The notes under the pieces are model-generated. The model had not been told where the DNA came from, did no database searches, and was given only the letters and a program-made list of their open reading frames with translations. Shown one piece after another: positions 55,838 through 64,000 of a DNA stretch of 64,000 bases. The position numbers and the translations under genes were made by a program. Within the stretch, counting starts at the first letter, position 1; each line of letters starts with the position of its first letter. Origin of the DNA: an uncultured Clostridia bacterium (GTDB lineage Bacteria; Bacillota; Clostridia; TANB77; CAG-508). The DNA is taken from contig CAKPDR010000001.1 of assembly GCA_934149075.1 (NCBI GenBank), positions 84,060-148,059 of the forward strand, given 5' to 3'.

Positions 55838-56371
55838 TTAAAAATATTTGGTTAGAATTCTATTTCCTTTTATTTCATCTTCAATTTCATATCCAGTTTT
55901 ATTCATCACTGGATATAATATAATTATTAATAACATATTATAAATAACTTCTACTAACAATGTTTTTATGAAACTTAAAATTTCCAGGTTTATTCCATAT
56001 ACCATATATTGCATTAAATATAATATCGTTTCATAAATTACTGTACATGCAATTCCCATTAATAAAACTGTCATTCTATTATCTTTTGAAAGTGTTTTGT
56101 CAAACATTCCGCTTATTAATCCAATTATAGCTAAAGCAATAGATGTTAGACCTATACTTTTTCCAATCCATATATCTAAAAATATTCCATATATTATTCC
56201 ATAAATAATTCCCATTGTTCGTCCCATATACAGACCTATATACAGCATTAAAATAATAAAAATATTGGGCATTATTCCTGCTATAGTAAAATGATTAAAA
56301 AAGATTGTTTGCAAAAGATATATTATAATAAATACAATAACTAGTGAAATATGTATAAATACTTTTTTCAT
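55838..56371 (-). CDS. mreD: Rod shape-determining protein MreD
   Basis: Polytopic 177-aa membrane protein immediately after mreC. Confidence 0.75.
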   Translation of the reverse strand: MKKVFIHISLVIVFIIIYLLQTIFFNHFTIAGIMPNIFIILMLYIGLYMGRTMGIIYGIIYGIFLDIWIGKSIGLTSIALAIIGLISGMFDKTLSKDNRMTVLLMGIACTVIYETILYLMQYMVYGINLEILSFIKTLLVEVIYNMLLIIILYPVMNKTGYEIEDEIKGNRILTKYF

Positions 56372-56402
56372 CTATTTTTCCTTTCTTCAGAAACATATTT
56401 AT

Positions 56403-57221
56403 TTATTGATTTGTTATTACTAGAACCGTTTCAATTTTTTCAAAATCAACAGCTGTTTCTATCGTTGCATATGAATCTGTTTTGTTTGAACCTTCATTTA
56501 CCTTTTTTATTTTTCCAACATGTATTCCCTTCATGTAAATTCCACCAAGACCAGACGTTTCTACACTATCTCCTTGTATTATTCTCGCATTTGTTTCTAT
56601 ATTGGATGCACTTAATGTTGTTTTGTTTTCAATCGTACCTTTACATATCATAGAGTCTCTAGTACTACTTGCTAAACAGCTTGTAGCACTTGCACTATCT
56701 ATTATTGTTTGTACTTTTGCTGTTTTATTTGTAACTGATACAACATATCCAACAAGTCCTTCATCTGCAATTACTGTCATTTTTTCCTTCACACCATTAT
56801 CACTTCCAATATTTATAACAAGTGTTTTTGAATAATTGCTTATATCTCTTGCTATTATTACTCCTGGCACAGTAGTATATTGTTCATATTTCTGAGCTAA
56901 ATTAAGTTCTTGTTTTAATTGTTCATTTTCATTTTTTATTATTTCATATTCTCTTAATTGTTGTTCTAAATCACTATTTTTTTGTTTTAATGAATCATTT
57001 TCTGATTTTAATTCATTTACATTTTCAAAAAATTTATCATTATTATTTATTTTGTTTTTTAAATATGTTAAACCATTTTCTATTGGCATTACTATTGTAC
57101 TTACAATATTTTCAAATACAGATATATTTTCTTTATTTGTATTTGAAAATACTACTAATATAATTAGTATCAATATAGTTATTATAACTCCTATAATTCC
57201 ACCTTTTCTATCTCTTTCCAT
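56403..57221 (-). CDS. mreC: Rod shape-determining protein MreC
   Basis: N-terminal TM, coiled coil (ENDSLKQKNSDLEQQLREYE) and beta-rich C-terminal domains. Synteny supports the call. Confidence 0.85.
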   Translation of the reverse strand: MERDRKGGIIGVIITILILIILVVFSNTNKENISVFENIVSTIVMPIENGLTYLKNKINNNDKFFENVNELKSENDSLKQKNSDLEQQLREYEIIKNENEQLKQELNLAQKYEQYTTVPGVIIARDISNYSKTLVINIGSDNGVKEKMTVIADEGLVGYVVSVTNKTAKVQTIIDSASATSCLASSTRDSMICKGTIENKTTLSASNIETNARIIQGDSVETSGLGGIYMKGIHVGKIKKVNEGSNKTDSYATIETAVDFEKIETVLVITNQ

Positions 57222-57224
57222 ACA

Positions 57225-58256
57225 CTATCTTCTCTTTCTTGAATTTAATAAAATAGTTTTTAATTTTCCTAAATCTTGTAATGTCTTTTCAGTTCCTTTT
57301 ACAACACAATCTAATGGCTCTTCTGCAATGTACACAGGCATACCTGTTTCTGCACTTATTAACTTGTCCAAATTTTTTATTAATGCTCCTCCACCTGACA
57401 ACATAATTCCTTTTTCCATTATATCAGATGCTAACTCTGGTGGTGTTTTTTCTAATGTAATTTTAACCACTTCTACAATTTTATCAATAGATTCTTGCAT
57501 TGCCTTTTCTACTTGGTCAGATGTGATTATATCTGTTCTTGGTAATCCATCATTCAAATCTCTACCCTTTATCTCCATTGACATTTGCGTCATTAATGGC
57601 ATTGCGCAACCTATTTCTTTTTTTATATTTTCAGCTGTTGATTCTCCAATTGCTAAATTAAGCTCTTTTTTTACATAATTTACTATATCTTCATCAAGTT
57701 CATCTCCAGCAATTCTTATAGAATTGCTTATTACAATACCTCCTAAAGATATTACCGCAACCTCTGTAGTTCCACCACCAATATCAACTATAATATTTCC
57801 ACTTGGCTCTTCTATTTCTATATCGGCCCCAACTGCCGCTGACATAGGTTCTTCAATTAAATATACTTCTCTCGCACCAGCACGCATTATGGCTTCTTCA
57901 ACAGCTCTTTCTTCAACTTCTGTTATACCTGATGGCACTCCAACTAAAACTCTAGGTCTAATTGCGTTGTACCTTTTACACACTCTTTCCAATAAATTTT
58001 TTAATAATAATTTTGTTGCTGTAAAATCTGCTATTACTCCATCTTTTAAAGGTTTTATGGCATTTATCTCTTTAGGTGTTCTTCCAACCATTTCTTTTGC
58101 TTCAAAACCTGTTGCTATTATATTTCCGTTTTTTGTATCTACTGATATTACAGATGGCTCCCTCAATACTATTCCTTTTCCTTTTATTGTTACTAATATA
58201 TTTGCTGTTCCTAAATCTATTCCAATATCTTTAGATTTGAATGACAAAAAGTTCAT
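57225..58256 (-). CDS. mreB: Rod shape-determining actin homologue MreB
   Basis: DIGIDLGTANILV, DIGGGTTEVAVISLGG. The likely start is MNFLSFKSK after AAGGAAAG. Confidence 0.95.
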   Translation of the reverse strand: MNFLSFKSKDIGIDLGTANILVTIKGKGIVLREPSVISVDTKNGNIIATGFEAKEMVGRTPKEINAIKPLKDGVIADFTATKLLLKNLLERVCKRYNAIRPRVLVGVPSGITEVEERAVEEAIMRAGAREVYLIEEPMSAAVGADIEIEEPSGNIIVDIGGGTTEVAVISLGGIVISNSIRIAGDELDEDIVNYVKKELNLAIGESTAENIKKEIGCAMPLMTQMSMEIKGRDLNDGLPRTDIITSDQVEKAMQESIDKIVEVVKITLEKTPPELASDIMEKGIMLSGGGALIKNLDKLISAETGMPVYIAEEPLDCVVKGTEKTLQDLGKLKTILLNSRKRR

Positions 58257-58282
58257 TATACTTCTTTCCTTTCGTTTTAAAA

Positions 58283-58987
58283 TCATCTCTTCAATTTATT
58301 ATTTCTTTCAGAAAAGATGCTAACATAGTTTGTATTTCCAATTACAATATGGTCTAATAGTTGTATCCCTAGTATTTTTGATGCTTGTTCAACATTTTGT
58401 GTAAATTCGATATCTTGCATACTTGGTGTTGGATCTCCTGCAGGATGATTATGTATTAAAATTATTTTTGCTGCTTCTATTTTTACTGCTTCGTTTAATA
58501 CAGATTTTATTGTTGTTGCTACAAAATTTCCTCCACCTTTCGCAATATCTTTTATTCTGATTAATTTATTTCTATTGTTTAACAATGCAACTTTTAGTAT
58601 CTCTTGTTTTTCAAATCTCATTTTTTCCATTAGTGCTATAGCAATATCTCGAGGTTGTGTTATTATTTTTTCTTTATAATTTTCCACAGTATTAATTCTT
58701 GTTGCTAATTCACTTACTGCTTTCAATTGTATTGCTTTTACTTTTCCTATACCTTTTATTTTCATGAATTCTTCTACTGTTAAATCCATTAAAAATTTCA
58801 AATTATTTTCTTTTGCAGTATTTAGTTTTAAAATTTGTTGAGCTAATCCTACTGCAGTTTCTTCTTTCGTACCTGTTTTTATTATTATTGCTAGTAATTC
58901 TGCATTTGTTAAAGATTTTGCACCATATTGTTCTAACTTTTCATATGGTCTTTCTGTTTCTGGTAATTCTTTCATTTTTATTGGCAT
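58283..58987 (-). CDS. radC: RadC-family (JAB/MPN domain) protein
   Basis: N-terminal HhH region and the JAMM motif HNHPAGDPTPSMQD. Confidence 0.9.
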   Translation of the reverse strand: MPIKMKELPETERPYEKLEQYGAKSLTNAELLAIIIKTGTKEETAVGLAQQILKLNTAKENNLKFLMDLTVEEFMKIKGIGKVKAIQLKAVSELATRINTVENYKEKIITQPRDIAIALMEKMRFEKQEILKVALLNNRNKLIRIKDIAKGGGNFVATTIKSVLNEAVKIEAAKIILIHNHPAGDPTPSMQDIEFTQNVEQASKILGIQLLDHIVIGNTNYVSIFSERNNKLKR

Positions 58988-59165
58988 ATATCCATTTCCT
59001 TTCTTTTTTATTTTTTTACTAGAAAGGTCCCCTATACCACTTTATTATTATATATTGAATTTGTATTTTTTTCAAGTATTATATGCCTTTTTTACCAAAA
59101 ATTGTTCCTTTAAATATAATATTAATAGTAGTATAATATAGTTAAAGGATTCACGGAGGTTTTAA

Positions 59166-59753
59166 ATGAAATTTGAGAAAATAACAGATAGTAAAATAAA
59201 AATAATTGTTTCAATGCAAGATATGGGATTAAATAATATCTCTACTGAAAATATTTTTTCTAATTCTACATCTTCACAAAAACTATTGCAAAGCATACTA
59301 AATAGAGCAAAAAAAGAAATTGGTTTTGAAACAGGTGATTCAAGACTTTTAGTTGAAGCAATAATGTCCTCAGGTGTAGAATATATATTTACAATAACAA
59401 AACTTGATGACAATCAATTATATTTAGAAAAAAACAATAATTTATTTATTTTTAAATTTATTTATTTTGAAGATTTTTTAGCACTATGTACTTTTTTAAA
59501 AAATTTTTCTTTTTTATGTTTAAAAGATATCTCAAAGAATTTTTCTTTAATTTATTATAATAATACATATTATCTAAAATTTCTAAAAACAAAAGAATAT
59601 TCTATTGTTATAGATTATATAAAAAATTTTTTTGATGAATTTGGAGAAGATGTCTCTAATTCAACTAATATTGATGGATTTTTAAATGAATATGGAAAAG
59701 TAATTTTTCCCAAAGATGCTATTTCTAGATGTTTATATTCATTCAAAAAATAA
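59166..59753 (+). CDS. mecA: Adaptor protein MecA
   Basis: MKFEKITDSKIKIIVSMQDM.., FIFKFIYFEDFLALCTFL, SLIYYNNTYYLKF and LNEYGKVIFPKDAI parallel the B. subtilis MecA blocks (FVLRFGDFEDV.., LYSFENRYYLYV, LEEYGKLI). Confidence 0.75.
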   Translation: MKFEKITDSKIKIIVSMQDMGLNNISTENIFSNSTSSQKLLQSILNRAKKEIGFETGDSRLLVEAIMSSGVEYIFTITKLDDNQLYLEKNNNLFIFKFIYFEDFLALCTFLKNFSFLCLKDISKNFSLIYYNNTYYLKFLKTKEYSIVIDYIKNFFDEFGEDVSNSTNIDGFLNEYGKVIFPKDAISRCLYSFKK

Positions 59754-59779
59754 CGGAGTTTTTAAAAGCTCCGTTATTT

Positions 59780-60781
59780 TTAATATAAATAATTTTGTGG
59801 ATTATATGCAACTCCATTTACTCTAATTTCTAAATGTAAATGTGGTCCTGTACTATTTCCTGTGTTACCAACAGCCGCAATAACATCACCTTGATTTACT
59901 TTTTGTCCAGCTGTAACATATAATTTACTACAATGTCCATAATATGTTTCAACTTCATCACTATGTGATATTACTACCATATATCCATAAGACCCCTTAT
60001 AGCCTGAAAATGTTACTGTTCCCGCTGCCGCAGCCTTTATTGGGGTTCCTATAGAGGCTCCTATATCTAATCCAGTATGATTACTAACTCTTATACTGCT
60101 TTTAGCACCAAATCTAGAAGTAATGATTCCAGAAATTGGTTTTATCAAATTCAATGTTAATGGCACTTTCTGATATGAGATATTTAGTGATGTATTTACT
60201 TTTCCTGTTACCACTTTTTTAGGAGCTGGTTGTTCTATAATAACTTTTTGTTGATACAATGCCGCTACTGTTGTATCAACCTCAGCAAAATTTTTAAGTT
60301 CAGTATCATACATTTCCAATATTGATATTTGGTCAATATTATTACTTTCTTTTTCTCTTAATTTATTAACAATTTCTTCAGCTTGTGAAAATTCACTAAC
60401 ATATGCCTTTTCTTCTTCACCTTCGATTATTGCATAATATTTATAATATACAACTCCAGACTGTTTTATTTTTTCAAAAATCTCGTCATCATTTGTAACT
60501 ATATTTCTTTTTAATAAACACATTTTATATTCTGGTAAATTATCTACTTGAACAAATGCTATATTACTATTATTTTCTTCTCCTTTTTCCATATATTTAT
60601 TTATTCTTGTTTGTAATTTACTTTTATCTTTACTATAACCTACGGCTTCACCATTTATAGTTACACTATATATTGGTTTAAAAAGTAATGCAACCGCACA
60701 TATGATTAAAAATATAGAGACTGCTATAAGTATTGTAAGCTTCATTGATTTTCTAGCAAATATTAATATTTTTTTAATCAT
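59780..60781 (-). CDS. M23 family metallopeptidase with an N-terminal membrane anchor
   Basis: HTGLDIGASIGTPI..., GNTGNSTGPHLHLEI. Confidence 0.85.
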   Translation of the reverse strand: MIKKILIFARKSMKLTILIAVSIFLIICAVALLFKPIYSVTINGEAVGYSKDKSKLQTRINKYMEKGEENNSNIAFVQVDNLPEYKMCLLKRNIVTNDDEIFEKIKQSGVVYYKYYAIIEGEEEKAYVSEFSQAEEIVNKLREKESNNIDQISILEMYDTELKNFAEVDTTVAALYQQKVIIEQPAPKKVVTGKVNTSLNISYQKVPLTLNLIKPISGIITSRFGAKSSIRVSNHTGLDIGASIGTPIKAAAAGTVTFSGYKGSYGYMVVISHSDEVETYYGHCSKLYVTAGQKVNQGDVIAAVGNTGNSTGPHLHLEIRVNGVAYNPQNYLY

Positions 60782-61043
60782 TACATTCTCCCTTATACAT
60801 ATTTTTTTTAATTTTATAATATTTCTATATTTTTTTGCAATTTTACTTAATTAGCTTTTTTACTTTATTTTCTCTATTTTTCTCTTATTTTCTTTTTATA
60901 GCTCATAATTATTTAAAAAGACAAAAAAGAAAACAAGTATAAAATTTGCGTCTTTTATAGTTTATAATAATAACTATATTTTTATTAAACCACAAATTTT
61001 ATACCTGTCCCATTTTTTAACTATCTATATATTTTTTTGATAA

Positions 61044-61292
61044 TTATCCTTGTTGTAATTCAGTTTTTACTGTTTCAACTTCAGTTGTTGTAGCTTTTTG
61101 CGCAGGTTTATAATATCCCTTAGCATTTGCCACTTTAAATAATTCGTATTGAAAACTTTCATCACTATTTCTTATTTGTTGAAATGTTTGCCTTAATTGC
61201 ATATTTTCTGATTCAGAAATTGCTGTTTGGTAAGCTGTTAAATCTGATTTTACATTACCTAAAATGTCATTAACCATTGTTTTCTCATCCAT
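61044..61292 (-). CDS. Spore coat protein, CotF-like
   Basis: NDILGNVKSDLTAYQTAISESENMQLRQTFQQIRNSDESFQYELFKVANAKGYY follows the Coat_F pattern. Confidence 0.7.
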   Translation of the reverse strand: MDEKTMVNDILGNVKSDLTAYQTAISESENMQLRQTFQQIRNSDESFQYELFKVANAKGYYKPAQKATTTEVETVKTELQQG

Positions 61293-61328
61293 TTTTTAAT
61301 CTTCCTTTCTTTTATAGAATACAACTTA

Positions 61329-61517
61329 TTAGTTATTTAAAAAACTCATTAATTTTTGTTTCGTATTTAAAGCATCTTGTGCTGATTTTGTAAACATTTG
61401 CCTTATTTGAGCATCTTGCACCTGGCTTGAATATGTGTTTAGTTTTTGATAAGCAGTTTCATGTGCCCCAATTAAATGTCTTAAATGTTGTAATTCTACT
61501 TGTGTTAAATCTGCCAT
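61329..61517 (-). CDS. Small coat-associated-like helical protein (62 aa)
   Basis: The likely start is MADLTQVELQHLRHLIG after AAGGGTGA. It is paired with the CotF-like gene. Confidence 0.45.
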   Translation of the reverse strand: MADLTQVELQHLRHLIGAHETAYQKLNTYSSQVQDAQIRQMFTKSAQDALNTKQKLMSFLNN

Positions 61518-61599
61518 AAAAATCACCCTTTCTAACAATTTTATAATGATATTATGTACAGAATAACCTCTTTTATACAATTGAAAGATTAAATATTTT

Positions 61600-62391
61600 C
61601 TAAATCATTTTCTTAACCTTATCTCTATAATAATATAAAAATTCCATTGTTGTTGGTATACCTGTTTCGTAATTTACTCTAGCCGTATAATATTTTGTCA
61701 AATCTTCTATTGCTGATGTTCTCCATGCATGATAAATTGCATTTTGTATTCCATTTGTAACTGTTGTTGCGGACTTTTTATGAATTGTTGTTAAATATTT
61801 AATAACATTCAAATCACTATCTTCGTTTTGAATCAAATATAAAATTGCATCATGAATATATTTTCTTCCCTTAAGATTAGAAGTAATACCAATTAATTCT
61901 AATTCATGATTAATACAATCAGAAATCTTTTCTTCACTCTCTTTTATAATATCTTCTACTGAGCCACCTTTAGCAACTTCAACTGGAATTTGTCTTAAAT
62001 TTATAAAATGGTTTAATACTAAATTACTTGAATAATTTGGATGGTCTTTATAAAGTATTAAATCAACTCCATTTCTATGTAATATTTCATAAGTTCTTTT
62101 TGAATTTACATGTGTTGTCACTATAACTATTGGCTCATATTTTAGCCTAAGCTTTTTCAAATTTGATAAGAATTCTAATGAGTCTGTGTTTCCAGTTGTA
62201 CTATTGTTTAGTTCTAAATCTAATACAATTCCTTCTGGACTTTTTGTTTGTACGTATTTTAGACCAGTTATATCCGAATCTGTTACTGCAACTATTTCGA
62301 TATCATTTCTACTCTTTGCGCAATCAATAAATTTATTACAATCATTAATGTCATCTTCTATGATTAAAATTTTCATGGGTTTATCATCCAT
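61600..62391 (-). CDS. Divergent Spo0A-like response regulator (receiver domain plus Spo0A_C-type DNA-binding domain)
   Basis: The C-terminal blocks LIGITSNLKGRKYIHDAILYLI, KKSATTVTNGIQNAIYHAWR and IPTTMEFLYYYRDKV parallel the B. subtilis Spo0A blocks IGVPAHIKGYLYLREAI, TTASRVERAIRHAIEVAW and KPTNSEFIAMVADKL. Confidence 0.6.
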   Translation of the reverse strand: MDDKPMKILIIEDDINDCNKFIDCAKSRNDIEIVAVTDSDITGLKYVQTKSPEGIVLDLELNNSTTGNTDSLEFLSNLKKLRLKYEPIVIVTTHVNSKRTYEILHRNGVDLILYKDHPNYSSNLVLNHFINLRQIPVEVAKGGSVEDIIKESEEKISDCINHELELIGITSNLKGRKYIHDAILYLIQNEDSDLNVIKYLTTIHKKSATTVTNGIQNAIYHAWRTSAIEDLTKYYTARVNYETGIPTTMEFLYYYRDKVKKMI

Positions 62392-62525
62392 ATTAATCAC
62401 ATCCCTTTCTTATCTAATATTGACATTAATAATACCATAATTTCCTAAAAAATACTATATTTAACAACAGGAATTTTCTATACGCAATTTGCTAAAGTCA
62501 TGTATTTATACATTCCTAGGAAATA

Positions 62526-64000
62526 TTATAAAACTTCTAAATTTGCAAATTTTGCCATTAAACGTTTATGTCCAACTTTATCAAAATTTATATCAACCTT
62601 TAAGTCTTCACCTTCTGGCTCAACATAATTAATTGTACCCTCTCCAAACTTCTTATGATATACTCTTACTCCTGATTGATATGCTGAAAAATCAATATTA
62701 TTATTTGATTTTTTACCAATATTATTTAAGAAACTTTCTGCAGTTCTAAATGCAAATCCTGTTATTCCGTTATTCTTTTGAACACTGGTAGCTGATGTAG
62801 CATATTGTGGTTCTACATTTTTATAAGTTTTAATATTTCCATTATTTTTGCTTCCATAACTCCACGTATATCCACTGTCTCCAAATATATTTTCTTTCTT
62901 AGGCACACTAGTAACTGCATCTTCATATCCATCAAGTAATTCTTTTGGAATTTCTTGTAAAAATCTTGATGGCGGATTATGTGTTGTAGAGCCAAAAGTT
63001 GTACGTTGCTTACTATTGGTTAAAAATAAATTTTCCTTTGCTCTTGTTACTCCTACATAACATAAACGCCTTTCTTCTTCCAATTCCTTTTGTTCCCCAA
63101 TTGATTTGTAACCTGGAAATATTCCTTCTTCCATACCAACTAAAAATACAACTGGAAATTCAAGACCCTTAGCACTATGTAAAGTCATTAATGTAACAGA
63201 CTCTTCTGCTTCTTCCATATTGTCCAAATCACTTGATAATGTGATTCCTTCTAAAAAGTCACTTAACCCATTATCTGCTGACTCTTCTTCAAATTCAACT
63301 GCAACATTTAAAAATTCTTCTAAGTTTGCAATTCTATTTTCAGCTTCAATTGTATTTTCATTTTCAAGTGCTCTTGTATAGCCTGTATCTTTTAACATTT
63401 TTTTAACTAATTCTGAAATAGTAAGTTCATCTTTTTTAGCAATAATTGACTCCATGCAATCTATAAATTCCCTAGAGTTTAGATATACTCTATTTAAACC
63501 ATAAATTTCTGCATTTTTTATTACTTGATACATTGATATATTATTTTCTTCAGATATTTGAGCAATTTTATCTAAACTTGTTTTACCAATTCCTCTTTTA
63601 GGTTCATTAATTACCCTATTCAAACTCAAATTATCAGCAGGATTTTGTACTAATCTTAAATATGAAATAATATCTTTTATTTCTTTTCTTTCATAGAATT
63701 TTAAACCTCCAACAATTTTATATGGAATATCTTCTCTTCTTAATATTTCCTCTATAGCTCTTGACTGCGTATTCATTCTATATAATACAGCAAAATCTGA
63801 ATATTTATATTTTTCTTCCCTTATTAGATGTTCTATTTGTTCAGCAATATATTTACCTTCATCATATTCATTATCAGCAGAAAATACTTTTGGTAAATTT
63901 CCCACATCATTTTCTGTCCAAAGCTTTTTATCATATTTAACTTCATTATTTTTAATAACAGCATTTGCAACTTTTAAAATATTACCAGTACATCTATAAT
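62526..64000 (-). CDS. pcrA: ATP-dependent DNA helicase PcrA/UvrD (3' part; the gene continues beyond the window end)
   Basis: VTLMTLHSAKGLEFPVVFLVGMEEGIFP and EEERRLCYVGVTRAKENLFL. The frame remains open upstream of the track's internal Met. Confidence 0.85.
   Translation of the reverse strand, partial: YRCTGNILKVANAVIKNNEVKYDKKLWTENDVGNLPKVFSADNEYDEGKYIAEQIEHLIREEKYKYSDFAVLYRMNTQSRAIEEILRREDIPYKIVGGLKFYERKEIKDIISYLRLVQNPADNLSLNRVINEPKRGIGKTSLDKIAQISEENNISMYQVIKNAEIYGLNRVYLNSREFIDCMESIIAKKDELTISELVKKMLKDTGYTRALENENTIEAENRIANLEEFLNVAVEFEEESADNGLSDFLEGITLSSDLDNMEEAEESVTLMTLHSAKGLEFPVVFLVGMEEGIFPGYKSIGEQKELEEERRLCYVGVTRAKENLFLTNSKQRTTFGSTTHNPPSRFLQEIPKELLDGYEDAVTSVPKKENIFGDSGYTWSYGSKNNGNIKTYKNVEPQYATSATSVQKNNGITGFAFRTAESFLNNIGKKSNNNIDFSAYQSGVRVYHKKFGEGTINYVEPEGEDLKVDINFDKVGHKRLMAKFANLEVL

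Noticed and set aside
57052-58323. 208-aa and 199-aa plus-strand ORFs antisense to mreC/mreB
   Set aside because: MreB and MreC are unambiguous on the minus strand. The antisense products are Ser/Ile/Phe-rich with no start signals.

Overview
This window is a visibly AT-rich chromosomal segment (GC not computed, clearly below about 30%) from a spore-forming Firmicute, most likely class Clostridia. Markers are spoIIE, a Spo0A-like regulator, CotF-like coat proteins and a NodB-type deacetylase. About 70 protein genes are present and almost all lie on the minus strand. Recognisable core content:
- radC-mreB-mreC-mreD-PBP2-minC
- pcrA (partial), mecA, spoIIE, acpS, tatD
- a family-4 uracil-DNA glycosylase and a gltD-like oxidoreductase
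- GH13 and GH77 glucan enzymes
- an ArsR-family regulator with a P-type metal ATPase
- rluB and rluD, tRNA-Leu(CAA) and tRNA-Arg(TCT)

The features that stand out:
1. A REP-like repeat family (TTACCA-NNN-GGGGACAC[C/T]CAT..TGGTAA) occurs as 16 units in 5 clusters. One cluster pair brackets a frameshifted HUH/Y1 RAYT-like transposase gene, which looks like a REPtron. Two clusters look like gene-less derivatives of it. Outer units supply the stop codon and an identical FTxGDTH tail to spoIIE, tatD and acpS.
2. A second family of 31-bp palindromes (GTACCGGGTAC core) sits at 4 loci, often touching stop codons.
3. A 2.7-kb insertion bounded by about 83-bp direct repeats carries two paralogous genes of an unknown modular family. 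A third member lies at 23.4 kb.
4. An R-S-E type ADP-ribosyltransferase gene abuts a two-component system next to an FtsX-type ABC transporter whose ATPase gene is frameshifted in Walker A.
5. An orphan membrane GHKL kinase lies next to an XRE regulator and an unrecognisable 533-aa protein.

All functional calls rest on motifs read by eye from the ORF track or from hand translation. No database search was possible.
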